A stretch of DNA of 64,000 nt from Lama glama (taxonomy: Eukaryota). A program made the translations under genes and the position numbers. Positions 52,876 through 64,000 of this stretch are shown piece by piece. The stretch is taken from the NCBI GenBank assembly GCA_028534125.1, contig CM052816.1, positions 65,536,001 to 65,600,000 of the forward strand, given 5' to 3'. Numbering within the stretch: position 1 is the first letter of the stretch; each line of letters begins with the position of its first letter. Below the pieces are notes generated by a model. It did not search any database. It was not told the DNA's origin and was given only the letters and a program-made list of their open reading frames with translations.

Positions 52876-54094
52876 TGAGTGTTATTCTCACCCACACCTC
52901 CACAGGCATCCTTGCGTCTACCAGGGCTTCATCTGGATCCCTCCCCTGGACCCAGGCTTGCTTTCTAGATGTGTCTACACAGGGTTTCCAAACTCAGGGT
53001 GTCCATGACTGCCTTCCTGCCTTCAGCCTATTCTCTTCACATCTAGATCTGCTCCGTCACCTGACTTTTCTGTCAGTGGATGATATCGGGCTTCCCCACA
53101 TTTTACGAGCCAGAAATGGAGTAATTGCTTTTGAATTTTGTCTCTCCCTTATTCCCTGTGTCCATTCAATTGTCAAGTCATATCGGTTCCATCTCTAGTG
53201 TTCTCCAAAGCTGTCCACTGTTTTCCACACACACAGGTACTACCTTACACTAAGCCACCATCATCTCTCTCCTGAAGTACTAAAACTGTTCTTTCTGTTT
53301 TCGGTGTGGCTTCCTGCCACCGATATATTCCTCACACAACACTCAGTGTGTTTATTTCTTAAAGGTAACTATGATTATATGAATTTTCTGCTTAAAAGTT
53401 TATGACTATCTGATGCTTTTAGAATCAAGTCCAAACTTTGTAACGTGACACATGTGACCCATCGGGGTCTGACCTCTGCTCTCTTTTCCGGTCAGGCCGT
53501 CCCTGGCATTCTGCACACGGTTCTCACGGTTCATCGTTCTCTCTTGTCCCTAAGCCTTTATTACTCCTTTTGCTTAGAGTGCCCTCTTTCCCTTGGCCCA
53601 GGTGTCCCATTTTCCACCCCTGCCTTGGAAGCCCCTCCTCATATTCTAGGTCATATATCACTTTCTGAAAGGATCTTTGCCTAAACCTGCATTATGGACT
53701 TGGGAGAACTTCCTACATATCCTTAGAGCTCAGGACTTCGCTGCCTGGAGTGTAAGACTAAGACTCTTATCTACTCATTCATTTACTCCTCTCTCCCACC
53801 TGACTTTATGTTTCTTGAGTGCAGAAGCTCTTACTCATTGCAGAATTTTTTTTTTTGCATGACAAACTCTCAATGACTATTGAAGGAATGAAATGAGAAA
53901 TATTCAGAAATATTAGTTTAAAAAAATAATCCAGAAGATAATGGGCAAATGAGGTTTAAAGAGGAGTGATCAGCAGGTCAGAAGTTACAAGTAGGATAAG
54001 CTGACTGATCCTGGAAAGAGGTCCTTGCTTAGTGGCAAGCACCACAGTGCACGGTAGGAGTAGAAGGCAGAATGCAGGACATTGCGGTGGATGG

Positions 54095-54505
54095 CGTATT
54101 TGTTTGCTGGGGCTGCTATAACAAAGCAGCACTGGTTGAATGGTTTAAACAACAGAAATGTATTATTTCACAGGGGTCGATGTGTGAGCCAGGATGCAAG
54201 ATCGGCATGTCAGCAGGGACTGCTCCCTCTGGAAACACTAGGAAGGGATTCTTTCCTAGCCTTTGTAGCGTAACTTCAGTCTTTGCCTGCATCCTCCCTG
54301 TCTCTTCACATGGTGTTCTTTTCATAAGAACATCAGACATGTTGGATGAGGGGGGGTCCCCACTGCTCTAGTATGTCCTCATCCTAATGAATTAGACCTG
54401 AAATGACCCTATTCCAAATAATGTTACATTCTTAGGCACTGCGGGAGGGAGGGGTTGGAATTCAACATATGAATTTGGGGGAGATACAACTCAACTCATG
54501 TCACA
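54095..54505 (-). mobile_element. MaLR solo LTR (MLT1A-like)
   Basis: Colinear with 41353-41744 (gggctgctataacaaa...tttaaacaacagaaat...aatgaccctattccaaataa...ttcaacatatgaatttggggg). Confidence 0.85.
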
Positions 54506-57119
54506 CTGGTGTAGAGACTCTGGTGACTTGGAGATAGTTTTCGTAGGTAGCTCCTGCTCTTCAATTCAATATGAGTTGCCAGTTTGGAAAGCTGCTGTCT
54601 TATATTTACCATGCAGTTATAATTCCCAATGGTTTGAAGAGTCGTAGATCTGACCGCATCAATTCTTGGCTCATTTTCAAAATGGAAAGAAAGTGCTAAA
54701 ACACCACAATATTGTGCTGAATTCTTCACAACTGAAAAAATGACTGGTTTGTATGTAAAGTAAAATAAGAATTAAATGGGTGGAAGTGACTGTTCTTGAA
54801 ATTCCATTGCCAATGATAGTCTAAAAAAAAAAAAGCATGTTTGCAAACATGGTTGATTGGCATTGGAGGTTAGAGGTTCCAGTGCATGTCTTATTGCTTG
54901 GTTTTACTGTTGAGACAGATTGTGGACACTTATAGAAAATATATTTACTTGTTGTAGGCCCTGGAAGGCCATTTGGAGGACTTCTATGATAACTTACAAA
55001 GTATATTGGAGATTTCCTGTACTTTGCTGAAGACTGGGTTAAGTTAGGTTGATATAAACTAGACCCATTCTAAAGCCTTCCCAGTACTAATTATCTCCCT
55101 GTGTAAGATCATTTCACCCATAAGAAAATTCACCATATCTCAATCAGATATTCAGTTGGTTCTGAATGGGTCAAGCATAAGTAAATAATTGCTTTTCACT
55201 GAACATAGATTTAAGGAATCGGGAAGAAAATAACTTCATAAGAAGTTGGAGATATTTTAAAACCTTAAATGTTTTGAGCAGAGAACCCAGTTTAATTCAC
55301 AGGATATAGTCTTCTTTTGGTATAGACTCATTTCTGTCTAGCTAATTAGTTAAGAGTATAAGGAGGGTAGTCTGTGCATTTTGAACTTCCTAGGGTCACG
55401 TTCAAAATAAGCCCACAGCAAACCTGGAAGGTCAGGTTATCCCAGGGCACGGAGACTAGCGTGAACTCTAATGTTGAAGAGCTTTCCTTCCTCAAAATTG
55501 AAGGGGACAGGACGATTGGTGGGGTCCAAGCAAACGTGGGTGCTTTTGGTCACTTTGATCTTATTTTGAACATGCTGGCCTAAATCTATATCCACTGAGT
55601 ATCCTGAAAATATTGAGGGGTCAGCAAAGCGTATTCGACTCTTTGCCAAAGCACTTATCCTAAGGTGTCTCCTAGCCATGAGTACTTCATGAGAAATTTA
55701 ATCCATGAGCTTTCATTTCATTTACACTAGACTCATCAAAATGTCATAGGGAGGTATTGAATGTCCAAGAAACCTTAAAGTTTATGAGGCCATTTAAGGC
55801 ATTTATCTCTGAACCAGAAAGTCAGAGTGTACCAGGAATCAGAACTCAAATATACTGGGGGGACAATTTCATTTTGTCTAATACATCCTAGGAAACCTTG
55901 GAATTGATTCAAAATTTCTGAACCCCAAATGCTAGTCTAACACTTACATGTACTAATGACATCCCAATAACAAGTACAGGGCAAGAATGAGAATACTTAG
56001 CATTAAAAATATCCAAAGGCCCCATTTTGAATAATTTACTTTGAGAATCTGCATAGTGGCCTGAGGACCTATGGATTTAAAGTTAAGTCCCTTCCAAGTG
56101 ACAGAAAAGTAACTGGCACTTTTAAAGTTTTCACCCATTAAAAAGGAACTTGTGATGAATGAATCTTTGACACTCTGTAATACTTTGTCATTTTAAAATC
56201 CTTTAAAATATATAATCCATATTTAATCTCATCTGCTTAAGTAAATAGGTCTGGTATTACTATCTCCATTTTTAAAAGGGGAAAATGGGATTATATGTAA
56301 TTTTGATTTTTGTTGCTTTAGTTGCAATAATATATACCTTGTTTTAGCTCTGAGCTGTGATTCTGTTTAATAATGAGTTGTGCGGCCGATAGCTTATGTA
56401 GTTTTTTTATCTTTATGTTCATCTTTCCCATTCTTGAAAGAAATCTTTGACTTGGGTTGTTAGTAAAAAACAAACCAAACCAGAATCCTGTTATAACACA
56501 AAGCATGAATATTATAATTGGCCTAAAATTCAGTTCTAGGTTTTCTCCAAAAATAAGATGCTTGTTCCAGCATGATTCTTTTCCTTCCTAATTCTTCGTA
56601 TTTGCATTTTATATTGGCCTTTTCCTGTTGGGTAACATAAGTGCAGTGTGTTCTTTGGGCTTAATGTATACCCCATGGTCAGGTCAGTTCCATCTGGGCA
56701 GAAACTAAGAAGTGGGCCAGAACGTATTTAAATTATGCAATTGCCTGGAAATACTTTGTTTAACTTACACAAGTGTGCTACAAAATGTGAATGGAAAATA
56801 TTATTCTCCCATAATAAATTATAATTCAAATAATTAATTTAAAAAATTGAGCCAAAGATTAAGATGGTTGTCCATTGTCTAACATCATTAACACAATTTG
56901 ATGGTGGTCTTAATATTATTGAATTTCGGTGAACTGATTATTATAATCAATTAATCTTGCAGATTTCATAATTCCTGGCATTACTTCCTTCCTTTTTTGT
57001 TTCTCTTTCATCAGCTGCTTGACTCTCCAAAATTTGCAACTAAATTAAATGGTCATCCAGGTAAAAGTTTATTGGCATGGGAAGCCTGTGACCAAAGAAA
57101 ACTTACAAAGCAGATGTCT

Positions 57120-58361
57120 CCATGCTGTCGGTCAGGAACATTCAGAGAAGAAATACTCTCTTCCCCGGGTATTCAGGGCATCTCATCCTCCTGGCTTTCC
57201 TTTCCACCTTGGACACTCCTTCGCCTTCTCCTTTGCTGCTTTCTCCTGAGTTCCTCAAATTATTAGTGTTGATGTGTCTCAAGCTTCGTCTGTGGCCTCT
57301 TTTGTCTGATCTCATCTAATTGTTCAACTTTAAAGTCTTGATGCTACCGTCACATTTCTACCACCAACCTAGACTTCTCCCCTGAATATGGATGTTAATA
57401 TTTAACTACCCACCAGCCATTTTCACTCAGATGTCGACCGTATACCTGAAACCTAGCACGTCCATAATCAAAGTCTTGCTCTTTCTTACCAAACCAGCTT
57501 CTCCTACACCCTTCCCCATCTCAGGGCAGGCTTTGCAATGATCTCTGCCTCCTCACTGTTTCTCACCACCCTCTTCCCCATCCAGTCCAGCCAGCAATCT
57601 CTCAGAACATAACCCGTAATCTGACCACTTCTCACCACCTCCACCACTACTCAACTTGGTCCTGGCCACCCATCTTTGTCACCTGGATTGTCGCAGCACC
57701 TCCTGACCTATGTCCCTGCTTCCCCGTGTCCTCTTCAGTCTGCTCTCTACACATCAGCCGAGTGACGGCTAAACCTAGGTTGTGTCCCTCCTGTGCTCAG
57801 AACCCTTTAGTGTCCTCTGATCTTTATCAAAATTCAAATCCTTATCATAGCCTACCACCTGTGGGTTCCTATTACCTCTGACTTAGCTCCTACTCCTCCT
57901 GGTCTGGTCCAGTCACACTGACTCCCTTCTGTTCTCCAACTCTCCAAGCACAGCTCTGCTTCGGTGGCTCTAAACTTTCCATTATTTCAGACCAGAACCT
58001 GTACCTCTCAATACTACTTTGTTTTACTTTCTCACATCTCTTGTTCTTTATTCACATATCTTCTAGTGAGGCCTTTGCTGTTCATCCTCTTTCATAATTA
58101 TATTCATAGCATCCCTGTTCCTGGAACTCTCTATGCCACTTCCTTTTTAAAATTTTCTCCTTAGACCTCACTACCATGTAAATAAGTCTATAGATTTTGC
58201 TTATTCTTTTCGTTTACTTTCTGCCCCTCCTCCCCCAACTAGAAATAAGGCCCCTACTCTATTTTATAGTTCACTGTTATATTCCTAGCTTCTAGAGTAA
58301 TTCCTAGATTCCTAGAACATGGAGTAGTCAATAAATATTTGGTGAATGAATGAGTGAGTGA
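57120..58361 (+). mobile_element. L2a 3' region
   Basis: agacttctcccctgaa...ccttccccatctcag...ctgaccacttctcaccacctccacc...tcaataaatatttggtgaatgaatgagtga (canonical L2 terminus). Confidence 0.9.
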
Positions 58362-59147
58362 TTACATTCCATCTTTCACTCCTTAAGTGAAAGCAGGAAA
58401 TATAAGAATATGAACTATTTAAATTGTCAGACTTGCCTGTATGCTTAAATAAATATTATAATCCAACTTGGTTGTTGAAATATGTAAAAAAAGTTATGAG
58501 AATATGCATTTTTAAAAGCTTTATCAAACACCGTTTTTTCCCCCAAATCTAAGAAAAACCCACTGCCAATCAAGAAATCAGCATTATATTGAATTAATTG
58601 TTTTCTGGGTCACTAATGAACTTGACTGTGCTGTTACTCTCAAAGCGCTAAATATAGCACGTATCGAACCAAAGGTCCTTCATGATCCTTGAAACTTCCT
58701 TGAATTTCTAAAGAATTACCCAGGCTTATGGGAAGAAGTTTTAATGAGACATTGTGCTGTTCAGGAGAGAAGAAATCATAGTTTTTGACCTCAGGGGCAT
58801 TGATGAAATAATAGAGCAAAAGCTCTAGGGAAATTAGTTTTTAGGAAGTGGAATCCAGTGGCTCATTGCACATTCTAAATAGCATCAGAGTAAGAATGAC
58901 AGCCTGGCTGATTGGGTTTAGTGATGTGGATAGATCTGCCTGCCATCTCATCCAAAGTAGATGGAAAACTCCCCCCATATCAATGAGATCTTACAAAGGT
59001 GGAAGGACTGTTGAGCAACAATTCATTCCAGGGCTTCATTTTGAGTGAGAACAGCAGGTAGGCCAAGAGAGATCAGGGCAATTCAGGACTGGAATTTTAA
59101 TCAGTGAAGATAGATAATCTTAAATTTGTGCTTGTGCCTGTCCTGAT

Positions 59148-59470
59148 TTGTTCAGTCCACAAACATTTATGGAACATCTGCTGTATACCAGGCACTTTGT
59201 TGGAGAGGATCCACACCTGTGACCGGGAAAGGTATGATCCCTTCCTTCATGCAGCTTCTGTCCCAGTGAGGGACACAGACAGATAGACAGACAAATGAAT
59301 ATATAAGTGCAGATTGTGCTGGGTACTTGAAGGGAGGACAGCATGGTGCTGGTGGAGGGAATAACAGGGCTGCAAACCAGGTTCCATGAAGAGCCATGGG
59401 GAGCTTCATGGGTGGCGCTGGTCCCTGAAGTATCTGGGTCAGCTCTGCATGTGAGTCCTTTGTGAAGACA
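59148..59470 (-). mobile_element. L2 3' fragment
   Basis: aaacatttatggaacatctgctgtataccaggcactttg...cttcatgcagcttctgtcccagtgagggacacagac. Confidence 0.75.
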
Positions 59471-60696
59471 TCCAGATCTGAGGTCAAGTCCCACTTCCCA
59501 CTTGCTGAGAGACCTAATACCTCTATCCTCTGCTTTCTGTTTTTCTCCCCCGGACTCCCCACCCTCTGCCTTATCAATTCTCTCCAGTTTGAATTCTTCT
59601 CTCCAGCCTTACTGACTTGATTTCTTCACCACTAAAACCTCCCATAGTCCCCTCTAATCCCTGTTGATTTTTGTTTCATGGAGGTGTGTTTAAATGGGTT
59701 TCTGAGATGTAGGTCTATCAGAGACTAATGTGCACATATTCAGATTTTTAATTCAGCTGAGCTACTCACATCTTTGCTTCAACTACCATGTCTTTTGTCC
59801 CTAAATTATGAGCCACTGTATCTTAAAATAATAACCATGTTATAATGTTATTTATGCAGTGCCTCACAGTAGGTGGCAATTAAGGACAGATTAAACTGCT
59901 CTGAGCTAATATGTAGCTCTTGCCAAAAGGATTTTAAATCCTTAGATTGAGACTTGATCAAGGTAGAACCACATGTTGCCACAGGATACAGGGTGGATGT
60001 GGAGTGGATTATTGTAATAAACCAATAAATAATAAATTAATAATATAGTGATAGGGTTGTTTTTATTCTCCCAGCAAGTGGGCATAAATCAGAATTGCGT
60101 TAAAGTGAATTTTCCAATTTCAGTAGCTCTATGCCAGTCTGCTGGGATGTGAATCTCAGTGACTAGCATCATCTCTCTCCCTCCAGCATCTCTGAGACTC
60201 TCTTAGGAACACCTGACAATTGCTCCTGAATGGATCTGCCCAGGTTGCCACTTTGTACTGGTCTCTGCTCCACCAGGGACCTCAGCCCACATTCGGTGGT
60301 CTCTAGATTGCCTGGCAGCAGACACTAGCAAGATCCTTCTGGCTATTAATGGTCTCATTCCGTCTAGGGTGGTGCCAGCACATGATTCCTCACACAGTAG
60401 GAAGGAGAATGCATCCTCCCTTCTTGTTCCTGTTCTTGTCAGGGAGCCTGACAGCAGTGCTTCTTCTTAAACTCTCAAGTTTTAGAAAATTAGCAAAAAA
60501 GTTCTTCCAGGTCTCACACTCATTCCTTTGTCTCTCCAGGATATGATTGGGAGAGTTCATACATCAATCATCACTATCTACCCCAAATCACTACACCTTT
60601 CGAAACTTCAGGCTTTGTAGCTGAGTCTGGTTATTCATACTAGGTTTCTTCTTTTCCTAGCATTCATTCCTACCCAGAGCCTTACTTTCTGCTCTA

Positions 60697-61090
60697 GTGA
60701 GGATGGACTAGATCATGCTACAACAAACAGCTCCAAAATCTCAGTTGCTTAAAACAATGTAAGTTTATTTATCACTTGTGCTATATGTTCGTCATGGATT
60801 AGAAGTGGAGGGAGGAGGGTTCTGCTCTCTCTTTACTTAAGGATATGGCTAATGGGAGACTCTACCATTTGGATAGTTTCCAGTCATGGTGGCACAGAAG
60901 AGGGACACTCTATACCAGTGCTCAATGATTTTCCCCTGGAAGTGACATGTATTACTTTTGCTCACCTTTCATGGCCAAAGTAAGTCAGGTGACTATGCCT
61001 ACCTTCAAGGGGCTAAGGAAATGCAACCCTGCTATGTGCTTTGAAGAAGAACTGGGTATGTTGATAAACAGAACTCAATAATGATCACAC
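60697..61090 (-). mobile_element. MaLR LTR (MLT1K/L-like)
   Basis: acaaacagctccaaaatctcagttgcttaaaacaa...ctggaagtgacatgtattacttttgctcac...ggccaaagtaagtca...aaatgcaaccct. Confidence 0.8.
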
Positions 61091-61239
61091 TTCCTTTCTT
61101 GATGTTTTGCTTCTGTATCCTTCTCCTCTCTCCCCACCCAATTCTGCCCCTTACGACGTATCTCTCATTTGTATAACCTTCAGTCTTATAAATGGCTCAA
61201 GGTTCCTCCATATTAGTTAGTGGTTCTAACCAAGGGTCT

Positions 61240-61590
61240 CTCTTGCATTGTTGGCTTGGACTTTAGTCATCTCAAGGCTCAACTGCTTTTAAGGTCACTC
61301 ATGCAGTTGTCAGACCTCAGTTCCCAGCCATGTGATATAAACTACATTCAACATGTAGAGAGCTGCATTTAATATAATAGCCTGTGTCCCCCAGGCTGAG
61401 AGATAGAACAGAAAGAGACTTCCCAAGACAGGCAGGAGCCACAGTCTTTTATAATCTTATCTTGAAAGCGATGTGCCATAGCCTTTTGCCAGATGACCAG
61501 CCCTGGGACAGTGTGGGAGGAGAGACCATACAAAGATGTGCATACCAGGTGGTGAGTAATTGGGGACCATCGTGTATTCTAACTGCCGCT
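61240..61590 (-). mobile_element. MaLR LTR fragment (MLT1F-like)
   Basis: cctcagttcccagccatgtg...ggagccacagtcttttataatct...cagtgtgggagg...ttggggaccatc. Confidence 0.7.
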
Positions 61591-63659
61591 TTCCTTTAAG
61601 AAGGCTCCTCACCTCCCACATAGATCCATGGCTACAAATAAATGCTTTCTGAATCTCAGCTTCTGCCAAGCAGCATACCCGACACAGAGCAAATATAATT
61701 TAGAATATAAATCTAGAATTTCTCTCTAGGGGGTCACTTCATTTAGACTAGTGTTGGTCTTCTTCTGTGCAATTAAATAGTTCTTGTATCAGTGATTTTC
61801 TATGCCCCATATCCAAGGAAGTGCACTGACTTCCACAGAACATTTGCTTTACAGTGTTCTATTTTTAAGTCACTTGTGTTTAGGTGATTGTTGTACTTTA
61901 AATGTTAGCAGACATAATATATAGCAAGTAAGAGCAAATAGATACTTGATATTTTTCCCTGCCCCTTTCTAAAGAGGGATGAGCTAAGTGAGCTAAGTGT
62001 CACTTTAAATAGGACACTGGGAGGAATTAGAAATTGTGACACAGTCGCAGAAACCCCACATTAAAATCCAGCCTTGTCACCACTCTGTGATTACACATAT
62101 CAGTATTCCTTTTGGGCCAATCAAGAAATCATTGAATGATACTAGAGGGAAAATACACTTTTGTAAGGAGAAGGAAGATCATATTTGGAGGGAGGAAATA
62201 TGTATGACCATTATAGTAACAAATAACGGGAATACATATGTGAATTTTTATGCACTCTTGGTTTTATTGAGCAAAAGTAGAGAGATTTATTTCCTTTCTT
62301 TGTTAATTGTTCATACAAAAATAAACCCTACTGTGCAGGAAGCCAAGCACTCCTTCCTACCTCCTCTTGATATTGAAAGAGTTTATTGAAATCCTTAAGT
62401 CGGCTTCATACGATCGTCCCAGTGATGTCTCTTGGATTAATTCAGTCAAACCGTGCAGTGTGACCAATGCACACAGTCTGTGAGAAGCACATGGGTAGCT
62501 CGCCTCTTCTTGATTTTTTTCTGCCTCTGTTGTTTCTGTATTTTGGTTGCTTTTATCCTACCATCTTGAATCTCTTACACCCCAAATGACAGTATGCTCA
62601 TTCTATGCAAGGTTTCTCCTCCTCCCCGCCCCCTGGTGACATCCCTTCCCCCAGCGACATCTCACTTCATTCCCAAGAAAAACATCGCCCTCCCCTCTCT
62701 GCTCGCTGTGTTTACATTTCTCTGCTCTTTTCCTCTCTCCTCCTGGCATGCTGGTTTAATCAATTTTACCAAATGACTTTCCTGGCAGCTGTAAAAAAGA
62801 AAACCCAGAGCCAGTTAATAGCAATCTAATGCTGTACTTTTGGTCATTTCTCTGAAATGTACAGAAATGTTGGGTCATCGGATTGATTTTTAATGATCTA
62901 AATGATCAGATGTCTCAACGCTGCACTGCAGCAGCCTGATAATAAATAGGGAAGGGGAGGGGCTTGGGCGCTGGGTGCTCACTCAGTGCCCCATAAATAA
63001 TCCCCAAAACACCAGCCAAAAGGACAATGTAAAATAGGTCTTTGCCAAAACATATATTAGCATTTTTAAACAAAGTCATCTAGCTATTTTAATTTTGCCT
63101 ATGGAGGAACTAAAACAAGATGTTTTGGATGAGGGTTTAGAAAGTCATTGATAGGGTTAGTAATCAAACTGCAGCCTAATTCTATGCGTATCTGTTGACA
63201 TAAGCAGGACGTCAGTTAGTGCCTCCCAGCATCCCCAAATAGCATACTGGCGTCTCAGAGGTGAGGGGAACATTGATTATTCTTTGTCTGAAAGACAGTA
63301 GAGCTCTCAACATATACAAAATCAGTAAATTGTAAAACAAGCCACTTGTTTTTTTAGCCCTGTTAGAAAATTTTTTAAAAACATAAATATGGGAGAAAGA
63401 AACAGTGAAATATTATGAGCCCACCATAAAGCTTTTAACTAGCTGTATGACTTCAGGTGACCTGCTTAACTATTCCATGCTTTGGTTTCCTCACTGTAAA
63501 ATGGGCAGCCTAGCAGGGGAGCAGCAAGTCAGGAGTGTAGCAGGAGTCCTGCACTTACTAGTCATGCAGCTTCTGATCATCATGACCCCATCTGCCACCT
63601 CTGTCATTGTGCCTCCCAGCATCCTTTCCCGCCGGGTCTAAGTCCACAGGACAAGGCTG

Positions 63660-63890
63660 CTGTCCCAGGGCAAAGTGGGTTTTGGAGTCTAATCACAGCT
63701 CAACCACTTACTTTCTGGGTCCGTGGGCAATAACCTTACCCTTCTAGCTTCTTACAGCTTCCTCATCTATAGAGTGGGGATGTTAATACTCCCTTTATAG
63801 GGTTATTATAAGTATTAAGAGTAATAACTTATGTAAAACTCAGTGCATAAAATCTTTCCCCAAAAAAGACGCTCAAAAATGTTAGCTTTA
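63660..63890 (+). mobile_element. MIR SINE (a second fragment lies at ~63415-63505)
   Basis: ttttggagtc...cagctcaaccacttact...gggcaataaccttac...cttcctcatctatagagtgggg...ctcaaaaatgttagct. Confidence 0.75.
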
Positions 63891-64000
63891 TTTCACCCTT
63901 CTCCCCTCGTGTCCAATGTTCCTAAATGTTATGTGAGAGGGAACTAGTTCATTTCTTATGCCAACGCTTCGGTTAATACAATGCTCTTTTGAGGCGCTCA

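Larger units (their letters stand above)
51250..53895 (+). mobile_element. Long decayed L2 interrupted by L1MA and MER5
   Basis: Pyrimidine-rich L2 body ending in ctcaatgactattgaaggaatgaa (L2 tail). Confidence 0.65.

Noticed and set aside
52593..53198. Longest ORF (201 aa)
   Set aside because: Non-ATG start, lies across L2 and MER5 remnants, and has no recognisable domain.
59860..59882. Second CTCF-like motif ACAGTAGGTGGCA
   Set aside because: It mismatches a key core C and the upstream TGCAGT spacing is atypical; too weak without data.
1..64000. Prokaryote-type systems (CRISPR, operons, defence islands) or a novel multi-gene system
   Set aside because: The window is repeat-rich mammalian DNA with no long ORFs, no repeat-spacer arrays and no viral or horizontally acquired coding sequence that I can recognise.

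Overview
This is AT-rich, CpG-depleted mammalian nuclear DNA. It is most likely camelid (camel/alpaca/llama), inferred from four tRNA-Ala(AGC)-derived SINEs of Vic-1 type and from laurasiatherian-style L1 3' ends. The first ~10 kb look like the 3' end of an unidentified + strand gene: a 38-nt exon at 48-85, a ~9 kb intron, a terminal exon from 9046, several poly(A) signals and a strong CTCF motif at ~10540. The remaining ~54 kb look intergenic and are filled with ordinary repeats (L1, L2, MIR, MaLR/ERVL LTRs, hAT MITEs, simple repeats) plus one full-length U1 snRNA retropseudogene at 47474-47637. The supplied ORF track is almost all noise; the only recognisable peptides are decayed L1 ORF2 C-termini. 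I found no evidence of a novel multi-gene system. The best leads are a recursive-splice-site (AG|GTAAGT) exon architecture, an old L1 whose 5' end is fused to its 3' end between apparent TSDs, an ancient local duplication dated by a SINE insertion, a possible mRNA-3'-end retrocopy, and several candidate regulatory motif clusters. Repeat subfamily names are from memory of consensus sequences and repeat boundaries are approximate.
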